The position numbers and the translations under genes were made by a program. The notes beneath the pieces were generated by a model. It ran no database searches, was not told the origin of the DNA, and saw only the letters and a list, made by a program, of their open reading frames with translations. Positions 29,401 through 43,600 of a DNA stretch of 64,000 nucleotides are shown piece by piece (position 1 is the stretch's first letter; each line of letters starts with the position of its first letter). Origin of the DNA: the human T2T-CHM13v2.0 reference genome, Homo sapiens; assembly GCF_009914755.1 (NCBI RefSeq), contig NC_060933.1; one strand, given 5' to 3'.

Positions 29401-31659
29401 ATTCCATTCCACTCCATTCCATTGCACTCGGGTTGATTCCATTCTATTCCATTCCATTCCATTCCATTCCATTCCATTCCATTCCATTTCGGATGATTCC
29501 ATTCCATTGCATTCCGTTCCATTAAATTCCCCTGCACTCGCGTTGATTCCATTCCATTCCATTCAATTCCATTCCATTACAGTTCGTTCCATTCCATTCT
29601 ATTCCGTACCATTCCATTCCATTCCACACCATTCCATTCCATTACATTCCATTCCATTCCGTTCCATTCCGTTCCTTTCCATTCCATTCTATTCGAATTA
29701 ATTCCATTCCATTCCATTCCATTCCATTCTATTCCATTCCATTGCAATCGAGTTGAATCCATTGCATTTCATTCCATTCCATTCCATTCCATTCCATTCC
29801 GGAAGATTCCATTCCATTGCATTCCATTCCATTCCATTCCCCTGCACTCGCGTTGATTCCATTCCATTCCATTCCATTCCATTCCATTCCATTCCATTCC
29901 GTTCCTTTCCATTCCATTCCATTCCATTCCTTTCCATTACATTCCGTTCCATTCCATTCCATTCCATTCCATTCTATTCGGGTTAATTCCATTCCATTCC
30001 ATTCGATTGTAATCGAGTTGATTCCATTCCATTCCATTCCATTCCATTCTATTACATTCCATTCCATTCCATTCCTTTCCATTCCATTACGGATAATTCC
30101 ATTCCATTGCATTCCATTCCATTCCATTCCCCTGTACTCGGGTTGATTCCATTCCATTCCATTCCAAGCCATGCCATTCCACTCGTGTTGATTCTATTCT
30201 TTCCATTCCATTCAAGTTGAATCCATTCCATTGCATTCCATTCCATTCGATTCCATTCGATTGCACTCGGGTTGATTCCATTCCATTGCATTCCATTCCA
30301 TTCCATTCCATTCCATTCCATTCCATTCCATTCCGTTCCATTCCAATCCATTATATTCGGATTGATTCTATTCAATTCCCTTACACTCCATTACATTCCA
30401 TTCCATTCGGGTAGTTTCCATTCCATTCCATTGCATTCCTCTCCATTCCATTGCACTCGGGTTGATTCCATTCCATTGTATTCCATTCCATTCCATTCAA
30501 TTACATTCCGTTCCATTCCATTCCATTACATTCGGATTGATTCTATTCAACTCCCTTACTCTCCATTACATTCCATTCCATTCGGGTTGTTCCATTCCAT
30601 TCCATTGCACTCGGGTTGATTCCATTCCATTCCATTCCATTCCATTCCATTCCATTCCATTCCATTCCATTACAATCGAGTTGATTCCATTCCATTCCAT
30701 TCCATTCCAGTCCTTTCCATTCCATTCCACTCGGGTTGATTCCATTCTATTAGTTTCCATTCCATTCCATTCCCTTCCATTCCACTCTGGTTGATTCCAT
30801 TCCTTTCCATTCCACTCGAATACATTCCCTCCTATTCCACTCGGAACGATTCCATTCCATTCCATTCCATTCCATTCCATTCCATTCCATTCCATTCCTT
30901 TCCATTTCGTTCCATTCCATTCTATTCCGTATCATTCCATTCCATTCCATTCCATTCCATTCCATTCCATTCCATTGTACTCGGGTTGATTCCATTCCAC
31001 TGCATTCCATTCCATTCCATTCCATTCCATTCCATTCCATTCCATTCCATTCCATTCCGTTCCATTCCAATCCATTCCATTCCATTGTACTCGGGTTGAT
31101 TCCATTCCATTGCGTTCCATTCCATTCCATTCAATTCCATTCCGTTCCATTCCATTACATTACATTCGGATTGATTCTTTTCAACTCCCTTACTCTCCAT
31201 TACATTCCATTCCATTCGGATTGTTCCATTCCATTCCATTCCATTCCACGCCTTTCAATTGCACTCGGGTTGATTCCATTCCATTCCATTCCATTCCATT
31301 CCATTCGATTCCATTCCATTCCCCTGCACTCGCGTTGATTCCATTCCATTCCATTCCATTCCATTCCATTCCATTCCATTCCATTCCATTCCTTTCCATT
31401 CCAGTCCTTTCCATTCCATTCCACTCGGGTTGATTCCATTCTATTAGTTTCCATTCCATTCCATTCCCTTCCATTCCACTCTGGTTGATTCCATTCCTTT
31501 CCATTCCACTCGAATACATTCCCTCCTATTCCACTCGGAACGATTCCATTCCATTCCATTCCATTCCATTCCATTCCATTCCATTCCATTCCATTACAAT
31601 CGAGTTGATTCCATTCCATTCCATTCCATTTCATTCCATTCCATTCCATTCCATTCCAC

Positions 31660-34140
31660 TCCATTCCATTGCACTCGGGTTTATTCAATTCCATTCCATT
31701 CCATTCCATTCCATTCCATTCCATTCCATTCCATTCCATTCGGGAAGATTCCATTCCATTGCATTCCATTCCATTCCATTCCATTCCATTCCATTCCATT
31801 CCATTGCATTCCATTCCATTCCATTCCCCTGCACTCGCGTTGATTCCATTCCATTCCATTCCATTCCTTTCCGTTCCATTCTATTCCATTCGATTCGATT
31901 GCAATCGAGTTGATTCCATTCCATTCCATTCCATTCCATTCCATTCCTTTCCATTCCATTGCGGATGATTCCATTCCATTGCATTACATTCCATTCCATT
32001 CCCCTGTACTCGGGTTGATTCCATTCCATTCCATTCCATTCCATTCTATTCCATTCCATTCCATTCCATTCCAGAAATTTCCATTCCATTGCATTCCATT
32101 CCATTCCATTCCCCTGCACTCGCGTTGATTCCATTCCATTCCATTCCATTCCATTCCATTCCATTGTATTCCATTCCGATCCGTTCCATTCCATTCCATT
32201 CCATTCCATTCCGTTCCGTTCCATTCCATTCCATTCCATTCCATTCCATTCCATTCCATTCTATTCGGGTTAATTCCATTCCATTCCATTCCATTGCAAT
32301 CGAGTTGATTCCATTCCATTCCATTCCATTCCATTCCATTCCATTCCATTCCATTCCTTTCCATTACATTACGGGTGATTCCATTCCATTTCATTCCATT
32401 CCATTCCATTCCCCTGTACTCGGGTTGATTCTATTCCATTCCATTCCAATCCATGCCATTCCACTCGTGTTGATTCCATTCTTTCCATTCCATTCAAGTT
32501 GAATCCATTCCATTGCATTCCATTCCATTCGATTCCATTCGATTGCACTCGGATTGATTCCATGGCATTTCATTCCATTCCATTCCATTCCATTCCATTC
32601 CATTCCATTACAATCGAGTTGATTCCATTCCATTCCATTCCATTCCATTCCATTCCTGTCCTTTCCATTCCATTCCACTCGGGTTGATTCCATTCTATTA
32701 GTTTCCATTCCATTCCATTCCCTTCCATTACACTCTGGTTGATTCCATTCCTTTCCATTCCACTCGAATACATTCCCTCCTATTCCACTCGGAACGATTC
32801 CATTCCATTCCATTCCATTCCATTCCATTCCATTCCATTCCAGTTCGTTCCATTCCATTCTATTCCGTACCATTCCATTCCATTCCATTCCTTTCCATTC
32901 CATTCCTTTCCACTCGTGTTGATTCCATTCCTTTCCATTCCATTCGGTTTGAAGGCATTCCATTCCATTCCATTCCATTCCATTCCATTCCATTCCATTC
33001 TATTCCATTACATTCGGATTGATTCTGTTCAATTCCCTTACACTCCATTACATTCCATTCCATTCGGGTAGTTTCCATTCCATTCCATTCCATTCCTCTC
33101 CATTCCATTACACTCGGGTTGATTCCATTCCATTGCATTCCATTCCATTCCATTCAATTCCATTCCGTTCCCTTCCATTCCATTACATTCGGATTGATTC
33201 TATTCAACTCCCTTACTCTCCATTACATTCCATTCCATTTCATTCCATTCCATTCCATTCCATTCCACTCCATTTCATTGCACTCGGGTTTATTCAATTC
33301 CATTCCATTCCATTCCATTCCATTCCATTCCGGAAGATTCCATTCCATTGCATTCCATTCCATTCCATTCCATTGCATTCCATTCCATTCCATTCCCCTG
33401 CACTCGCGTTGATTCCATTCCATTCCATTCCATTCCATTCCATTCCATTCCTTTCCGTTCCATTCTATTCCATTCCATTCGATTGCAATCGAGTTGATTC
33501 CATTCCATTCCATTCCATTCCATTCCATTCCTTTCCATTCCATTACGGATGATTCCATTCCATTGCATTACATTCCATTCCATTCCCCTGTACTCGGGTT
33601 GATTCCATTCCATTCCATTCCATTCCATTCTATTCCATTCCATTCCATTCCATTCCAGAATTTTCCATTCCATTGCATTCCATTCCATTCCATTCCCCTG
33701 CACTCGCGTTGATTCCATTCCATTCCATTCCATTCCATTCGATTCCATTGCATTCAATTCCGATCCATTCCATTCCATTCCATTCCATTCCATTCCGTTC
33801 CGTTCCATTCCATTCCATTCCATTCCATTCCATTCTATTCGGGTTAATTCCATTCCATTCCATTCAATTGCAATCGAGTTGATTCCATTCCATTCCATTC
33901 CATTCCATTCCATTCCATTCCATTCCATTCCTTTCCATTACATTACGGGTGATTCCATTCCATTTCATTCCATTCCATTCCATTCCCCTGTACTCGGGTT
34001 GATTCTATTCCATTCCATTCCAATCCATGCCATTCCACTCGTGTTGATTCCATTCTTTCCATTCCATTCAAGTTGAATCCATTCCATTGCATTCCATTCC
34101 ATTCGATTCCATTCGATTGCACTTGGATTGATTCCATGGC
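31660..34140 (+). repeat. Direct duplication of ~0.9 kb at ~1.58-kb offset
   Basis: Private markers CCAGAA(A/T)TTTCC at ~32071 and ~33655, TTACATTACGGGTGATT at ~32364 and ~33938, and GGATTGATTCCATGGC at ~32551 and ~34125. ORFs 31910 and 33494 are offset by 1584. Confidence 0.8.
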
Positions 34141-34344
34141 ATTGCATTCCATTCCATTCCATTCCATTCCATTCCTTTCCATTCCATTCCATTCCATTCC
34201 ATTCCATTCGGATTCATTCTATTCAATTCCCTTACACTCCATTAGATTCCATTCCATTCGTGTAGTTTCCATTCCATTCCATGCCATTCCTCTCCATTCC
34301 ATTGCACTCGGGTTGATTCCATTCCATTCCATTCCATTCCATTC

Positions 34345-34655
34345 CATTCCATTCCATTCCCGATGATTCCATTCCATTGAATTCCATTCCATTCCATGCC
34401 CCTGCTCTTGTGTTGATTCCATTCCATTCCATTCCATTCCTTTCTGTTCCATTCCATTCCATTCCATTCCATTCTATTCGTGTTAATTCCATTCCATTCC
34501 ATTCCATTCCATTCCCGATGATTCCATTCCATTGAATTCCATTCCATTCCATGCCCCTGCTCTTGTGTTGATTCCATTCCATTCCATTCCATTCCTTTCT
34601 GTTCCATTCCATTCCATTGCATTCCATTCTATTCGTGTTAATTCCATTCCATTCT
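34345..34655 (+). repeat. 155-bp tandem duplication of a diverged module containing an EcoRI site
   Basis: CCCGATGATTCCATTCCATTGAATTCC...CCATGCCCCTGCTCTTGTGTTG...CCTTTCTGTTCC...CTATTCGTGTTAATT is present twice, with GAATTC at 34379 and 34534. Confidence 0.85.
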
Positions 34656-37600
34656 ATTCCATTCCATTCCATTGAAATCGAGTTGATTCCATTCCATTCA
34701 ATTCCATTCCATTCCATTCAATTCCATTCGGGATGATTCCATTCCATTTTATTCCATTCCATTCCATTCCACTGCACTCGGGTTGATTCCATTCCATTCC
34801 ATTCCATTACATTCCATTCCATTCCGTTCCATTTCATTCTATTCGGGTTAATTCCATTCCATTCCATTCCACTCCATTCCAGTCCTTTCCATTCCATTCC
34901 ACTCGGGTTGATTCCATTCTATTCCTTTCAATTCCATTCCATTCCATTGCAATCGAGTGGATTCCATTCGAGTTGAATCCATTCCATTCCATTCCATTCC
35001 ATGCCATTGCACACGGGTTCATTCCATTCCATTACATTCCATTCCATTCCATTCCATTTCATTCCATTCCATGCTATTCCGTACCATTCCATTCCATCCC
35101 ATTCCATTCCGTTCCATTCCATGCCATTACACTCGGGTTGATTCCATTCCTTTCCATTCCATTCTTGTTGAATCCATTCCATTCCATTCCATTCCATTCG
35201 AATCCATTCCATTGCACTCGGGTTGATTCCATTCCATTCCATTCCATTCCATTTCATTCCATTCCATTCCGTTACATTCGGATTGATTCTATTCAATTCC
35301 CTTACACTCCATTACATTCCATTCCATTCGGGATGTTTCCTTTCCATTCCATTCCATTCCACTCCATTCCATTGCATCAGGTTGATTGCATTGCATTCCA
35401 TTCCATTCCATTCCGGATGATTCCATTCCATTGCATTCCATTCCATTCCATTCCCCTGCACTCGGGTTGATTCCTTTCCATTCCATTCCATTCCATTCCA
35501 TTCCATTCCATTCCATTCCATTCCGTTACATTCCATTCCATTCCATTCTATTCCGGTTAATTCCATTCCATTCCATTCGATTCCATTCCATTCCATTCCA
35601 TTCCATTGCAGTCGGGTTGATTCCATTCCATTCCATTCCATTCCATTCCATTCCGTTCCATTCCATTCCATTCCATTCTATTCGGGTTAATTCCATTCCA
35701 TTCCATTCCATTCCATTCCATTCCATTCCATTCCATTCCATTCCGTTCCATTCCATTCTATTCGGGTTAATTCCATTCCATTCCATTCCATTCCATTGCA
35801 TTCCATTCCGTTCCGTTCCATTCCATTCCATTCCATTCCATTCCATTCCGTTCCGTTCCATTCCATTCCATTCCATTCTATTCGGGTTAATTCCATTCCA
35901 TTCCATTCGATTGCCATCGAGTTGATTCCATTCCATTCCATTCCATTCCATTCCATTCCATTCCTTTCCATTCCATTACGGATGACTCCATTCCATTGCA
36001 TTCCATTCCATTCCATTCCCCTGTACTCGGGTTGATTCCATTCCATTCCATTCCACTCCATTCGGTTCCGTTGCATTCCATTCTATTGCATTCCATTCTA
36101 TTCTGGTTAATTCCATTCCATTCCATTCCATTCCATTGCAATGGAGTTGATTCCATTCCATTCCATTCAATTCCGGATGATTCCATTCCATTGCATTCCA
36201 TTCCATTCTATTCCCCTGCACTCGTGTTCATTCCATTCCGTCCATTCCATTCCATTCCATTCTATTCCGGTTAATTCCATTCCATTCCATTCCATTCCAT
36301 TCCATTCCATTGCAATCGAGTTGATTCCATTCCATTCCTTTCCATTCCATTCCATTGTCTTGCATTCCACTCGGGTTGATTCCATTCCCTTCTTTCCACT
36401 CCATTACATTCCCTTCCATTCCACTCGGAATGATTGATTCCATTCCATTCCATTCCATTTCATTCCATTGCAATCCATTCCAATCCATTCCATTCCATTC
36501 CATTCCACTCGAGTTGACTTCATTCCATTCCTTTCCATTCCATTCCATTCCTTTCCACTCGAGTTGATTCCATTCCATTCCAATCCATTGCATTCCATTC
36601 CATGCCATTCCACTCGGGTTGATTCCATTCCTTTGCATTCCATTCCATTCCATTCCATTCCATTCCGTTGCATTCCATTCCATTACATTCGGATTGATTC
36701 TATTCAACTCCCTTACTCTCCATTACATTCCATTCCATTCGGGTTGTTCCATTCCATTCCATTCCATTCCACTCCATTCCATTGCACTCGGGTTGATTCC
36801 ATTCCATTCCATTCCATTCCATTCCATTCCATTCCATTCCGGATGATTCCATTCCATTACATTCCGTTCCATTACATTCCCCTGCACTCGCGTTGATTCC
36901 ATTCCATTCCATTCCATTCCATTCCATTCAATTCCATTCCATTACAATTCGTTCCATTCCATTCTATTCCGTACCATTCCATTCCATTCCATACCATTCC
37001 ATTCTATTCCATTCCATTCCATTCCATTCCATTCCGTTCCATTCCGTTCCATTCCATTCCATTCCATTCTATTCGGGTTAATTCCATTCCATTCCATTCG
37101 ATTGCAATCGTGTTGATTCCATTCTATTCCATTCCATTCCATTCCATTCCATTCCATTCCATTCCATTCCTTTCCATTCCATTACGGATGATTCCATTCC
37201 ATTGCATTCCATTCCATTCCATTCCCCTGTACTCGGGTTGATTCCATTCCATTGCATTCCAATCCATGCCCTTCCACTCGTGTTGATTCCATTCTTTCCA
37301 TTCCATTCAAGTTGAATCCATTCCATTGCATTCCATTCCATTCGATTCCATTCGATTGCACTCGGGTTGATTCCATTCCATTGCATTCCATTCCATTCCA
37401 TTCCATTCCATTCCATTTCATTCCATTCCGTTCCATTCCATTACATTACATTCGGATTGATTCTATTCAATTCCCTTACACTCCATTACATTCCATTCCA
37501 TTCGGGTAGTTTTCATTCCATTCCATTCCATTCCTCTCCATTCCATTGCACTCGGGTTGATTCCATTCCATTGCATTCAATTCCATTCCATTCAATTCCA

Positions 37601-40600
37601 TTCCGTTCCATTCCATTCCATTACATTCGGATTGATTCTATTCAACTCCCTTACTCTCCATTACATTCCATTCCATTCGGGTTGTTCCATTCCATTCCAT
37701 TCCATTCCACTCCATTCCATTGCACTCGGGTTTATTCCATTCCATTCCATTCCATTCCATTAAATTCCATTCCATTCCGGAAGATTCCATTCCATTGCAT
37801 TCCATTCCATTCCATTCCCCTGCACTGGCGTTGATTCCATTCCATTCCATTCCATTCCATTCAATTCCTTTCCTTTCCGTTCCATTCCATTCCATTCCAT
37901 TCCATTCCATTCCATTCCGTTCCGTTCCATTCCCTTCCATTCCATTCCATTCCATTCCATTCGGGTTAATTCCAGTCCATTCCATTCGATTGCAATCGAG
38001 TTGATTCCATTCCATTCCATTCCATTCCATTCCATTCCATTCCATTCCTTTCCATTCCATTACGGATGATTCCATTCCATTGCATTCCATTCCATTCCAT
38101 TCCCCTGTACTCGGGTTGATTCCATTCCATTCCATTCCAATCCATGCCATTCCACTCGTGTTGATTCCATTCTTTCCATTCCATTCAAGTTGAATCCATT
38201 CCATTGCATTCCATTCCATTCCATTCCCCTGCAGTTGGGTTGATTCCATTCCATTCCATTCCATTCCATTCCATTCCATTCCATTCCGTTCCGTTCTGTT
38301 CCGTTCCATTCCATTCCTTTCCATTCTATTCGGGTTAATTCCATTCCATTCCATTCCATTCCATTCCATTCCATTCCATTCCATTCCAATCGAGTTGATT
38401 CCATTCCATTCCATTCCATTCCATTCCACTCCATTCCAGTCCTTTCCATTCCATTCCACTCCGGTTGATTCCAATGTATTCCTTTCCATTCCGTTCCATT
38501 CCATTGCAATCGAGTTGATTCCATTTTTTGCATTCCATTCCATTCCATTCCATTCCGGATGATTCCATTCCATTGCATTCCATTCCATTCCATTCCCCTG
38601 CACTCGGGTTGATTCCATTCCATTCCACTCCATTCCGTTGCATTCCATTCCATTCCAATGTATTTGGAATAATTCCATTCCATTCCATGCCATTCCATTC
38701 CATTCCATTACAATCGAGTTGAATCCATTCCATTCCATTCCATTCCAGTCCTTTCCATTCCATTCCACTCGGGTTGATTCCATTCTATTAGTTTCCATTC
38801 CATTCCATTCCCTTCCATTCCACTCTGGTTGATACCATTCCTTTCCATTCCACTCGAATACATTCCCTCCTATTCCACTCGGAACGATTCCATTCCATTC
38901 CATTCCATTTCATTCCATTCCATTCCAATCGAGTTAATTCCATTCCATTCCATTCCATTCCATTCCACTCCATACCAGTCCTTTCCTTTCCATTCCACTC
39001 GGGTTGATTCCAGTATATTCCTTTCCATTCCATTCCATTCCATTGCAATCGAGTTGATTCCATTGCTTTGCATTCCATTCCATTCCATTCCATTCCGGAT
39101 GATTCCATTCCATTGTATTCCATTCCATTCCATTCCCCTGCACTCGGGTTGATTCCATTCCATTCCACTCCATTCCGTTCCATTCCATTCCATTGCATTG
39201 TATTCGGGTTAATTCCATTCCATTCCATTCCATTCCATTCCATTCCATTACAATTGAGTTGATTCCATTCCATTCCATTCCATTCCAGTCCTTTCCATTC
39301 CATTCCTCTCGCGTTGATTCCATTCTATTAGTTTCCATTCCATTCCATTCGCTTCCATTCCACTCAGGTTTTTTCCATTCCTTTCCATTCCACTCGAATA
39401 CATTCCCTCCTATTCCACTCGGAAGGATTCCATTCCATTCCATTCCATTCCTTTCCATTCCATTCCATTCCATTCCATTCCATTCCATTCCATTTCGTTC
39501 CATTCCATTCTATTCCGTATCATTCCATTCCATTCCATTCCATTCCATTCCATTCCATTCCATTCCATTGTACTCGGGTTGATTCAATTCCATTCCATTC
39601 CATTCCATTACATTCCATTCCGTTGCATTCCATTCCATTACATTCGGATTGATTCTATTCAACTCCCTTACTCTCCATTACATTCCATTCCATTCGGGTT
39701 GTTCCATTCCATTCCATTCCATTCCACTCCATTCCATTGCACTCGGGTTGATTCCATTCCATTCCATTCCATTCCCTTCCATTCCATTCCATTGCGGATG
39801 ATTCCATTCCATTGCATTCCGTTCCATTACATTCCCCTGCACTCGCGTTGATTCCATTCCATTCCATTCCATTCCATTCAATTCCATTCCATTACAATTC
39901 GTTCCATTCCATTCTATTCCGTACCATTCCATTCCATTCCATACCATTCCATTCCATTCCATTCCATTCCATTCCATTCCGTTCCATTCCGTTCCATTCC
40001 ATTCCATTCCATTCTATTCGAATTAATTCCATTCCATTCCATTCCATTCCATTCCATTCTATTCCATTCCATTGCAATCGAGTTGAATCCATTGCATTTC
40101 ATTCCATTCCATTCCATTCCATTCCATTTCGGAAGATTCCATTCAATTGCATTCCATTCCATTCCATTCCCCTGCACTCGCGTTGATTCCATTCCATTCC
40201 ATTCCATTCCATTCCATTCCATTCCATTCCGTTCCGTTCAATTCCATTCCATTCCATTCCGTTCCGTTCCATTCCATTCCATTCCATTCTATTCGGGTTA
40301 ATTCCATTCCATTCCATTCGATTGCAATCTATTTGATTCCATTCCATTCCATTCCATTCCATTCCATTCCATTCCATTCCATTCCTTTCCATTCCATTAC
40401 GGATGATTCCATTCCATTGCATTCCATTCCATTCCATTCCCCTGTACTCGGGTTGATTCCATTCCATTCCATTCCAATCCATGCCATTCCACTCGTGTTG
40501 ATTCCATTCTTTCCATTCCGTTCAAGTTGAATCCATTCCATTGCATTCCATTCCATTCGATTCCATTCGATTGCACTCGGTTTGATTCCATTCCATTGCA

Positions 40601-43600
40601 TTCCATTCCATTCCATTCCATTCCATTCCATTCCGTTCCATTCCCTTCCATTACATTCGGATTGATTCTATTCAATTCCCTTACACTCCATTAGATTCCA
40701 TTCCATTCGGTAGTTTCCATTCCATTCCATTCCATTCCTCTCCATTCCATTGCACTCGTGTTGATTCCATTCCATTGCATTCCATTCCATTCCATTCCAT
40801 TCCATTCCGTTGCATTCCATTCCATTACATTCGGATTGATTCTATTCAACTCCCTTACTCTCCATTACATTCAATTCCATTCAGGTTGTTCCATTCCATT
40901 CCATTCCATTCCACTCCATTCCATTGCACTCGGGTTGATTCCATTCCATTCCATTCCATTCCATTCCATTCCATTCCATTCCGGATGATTCCATTCCATT
41001 GCATTCCGTTCCATTACATTCCCCTGCACTCGCGTTGATTCCATTCCATTCCATTCCATTCCATTCCATTCAATTCCATTCCATTACAATTCGTTCCATT
41101 CCATTCTATTCCGTACCATTCCATTCCATTCCATACCATTCCATTCCATTCCATTCCATTCCATTCCATTCCATTCCATTCCGTTACATTCCGTTCCATT
41201 CCATTCCATTCGAATTAATTCCATTCCATTACATTCCATTCCATTCTATTCCATTGCATTGCAATCGAGTTGAATCCATTGCATTTCATTCCATTCCATT
41301 CAATTCCATTCCATTCAATTCCATTCCATTCCATTCCGGAAGATTCCATTCCATTGCATTCCATTCCATTCCATTCCATTCCCCTACACTCGCGTTGATT
41401 CCATTCCATTCCATTCCATTCCATTCCGGATGATTCCATTTCATTGAATTCCGTTCCATTACATTCCCCTGCACTCGGGTTGATTCCATTCCATTCCATT
41501 CCATTCCATTCCATTCCATTCCATTCCGGATGATTCCATTCCATTGCATTCCGTTCCATTATATTCCCATGCACTCGCGTTGATTCCATTCCATTCCATT
41601 CCATTCCAATCAATTCCATTCCATTACAATTCGTTCCATTCCATTCTATTCCGTACCATTCCATTCCATTCCATACCATTCCGTTCCGTTCCATTCCGTT
41701 CCATTCCATTCCATTCCATTCCGTTCTGTTCCATTCCATTCCATTCCATTCTATTCGGGTTAATTCCATTCCATTCCATTCGATTGCAATCGTGTTGATT
41801 CCATTCCATTCCATTCCACTACATTCCTTTCCATTCCATTCCTTTCCATTCCATTACGGATGATTCCATTCCATTGCATTCCATTCCATTCCATTCCCCT
41901 GTACTCGGGTTGATTCCATTGCATTCCATTCCAATCCATGCCCTTCCACTCGTGTAGATTCCATTCTTTCCATTCCATTCAAGTTGAATCCATTCCATTG
42001 CATTCTATTCCATTCGATTGCACTCGGGTTGATTCCATTCCATTGCATTCCATTCCATTCCATTCCATTGCATTCCATTCCATTCCATTCCGTTCCGTTC
42101 CATTCCATTCCATTCCTTTCTATTCGGGTTAATTCCATTCCATTCCATTCCATTCCATTGCATTCCATTCCAATCAAGTTGATTCCTTTCCATTCCATTC
42201 CATTCCATTCCATTCCATTCCACTCCATTCCAGTCCTTTCCATTCCATTCCACTCGGGTTGATTCCAATGTATTCCTTTCCATTCCATTCCATTCCATTG
42301 CAATCGAGTTGATTCCATTGCTTTGCATTCCATTCCATTCCATTCCGGATGATTGCATTCCATTGCATTCCATTCCATTCCATTCCCCTGCACTCGGGTT
42401 GATTCCATTCCATTCCACTACATTCCGTTCCATTCCATTCCATTCCATTGTATTCGGGTTAATTCCATTCCATTCCTTTCCATTCCATTCCATTCCATTA
42501 CAATCGAGTTGATTACATTCCATTCCATTCCATTCCAGTCCTTTCCATTCCATTCCACTCGGGTTGATTCCATTCTATTAGTTTCCATTCCATTCCATTC
42601 CCTTCCATTCCACTCTGGTTGATTCCATTCCTTTCCATTCCACTCGAATACATTCGCTCCTATTCCACTCGGAACGATTCCATTCCATTCCATTCCGTTC
42701 CAATCCATTCCATTCCCCTGCACTCGTGTTGATTCCATTCCCTTCCATTCCATTCCATTACGTTCCATTCCATTCCATTCCATTCTATTCCCGTTAATTC
42801 CATTCCATTCCATTCCATTCCATTCCATTCCATTGCAATCGAGTTGATTCCATTCCATTCCTTTCCATTCCATTCCATTGCCTTGCATTCCACTCGGGTT
42901 GATTCCATTCCCTTCTTTCCACTCCATTACATTCCCTTCCATGATTGATTCCATTCCATTCCATTCCATTTCATTCCATTGCAATCCATTCCAATCCATT
43001 CCATTCCATTCCATTCCACTCGAGTTGAATTCATTCCATTCCTTTCCATTCCATTCCATTCCTTTCCACTCGAGATGATTCCATTCCATTCCAATCCATT
43101 GGATTCCATTCCATGCCATTCCACTCGGGTTGATTCTATTCCTTTGCATTCCATTCCATTCCATTCCATTCCATTCCATTCCATTCCATTCCATTCCATT
43201 CCATTCCATTCCATTCCATTCCGTTGCATTCCATTCCATTACATTCGGATTGATTCTATTCAACTCCCTTACTCTCCATTACATTCCATTCCATTCGGGT
43301 TGTTCCATTCCATTCCATTCCATTCCATTCCACTCCATTCCATTGCACTCGGGTTGATTCCATTCCATTCCATTCCATTCCATTCCATTCCGGATGATTC
43401 CATTCCATTGCATTCCGTTCCATTACATTCCCCTGCACTCGCGTTGATTCCATTCCATTCCATTCCATTCCATTCAATTCCATTCCATTACAATTCGTTC
43501 CATTCCATTCTATTCCGTACCATTCCATTCCATTCCATACCATTCCATTCCATTCCATTCCATTCCATTCTGTTCCATTCCGTTGCATTCCATTCCATTC

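Noticed and set aside
32860-35400. Possible foreign insertion or mobile element in the diverged region
   Set aside because: The pentamer register is maintained and the variants map onto known modules. There is no target-site duplication, poly(A) tail or non-satellite sequence.
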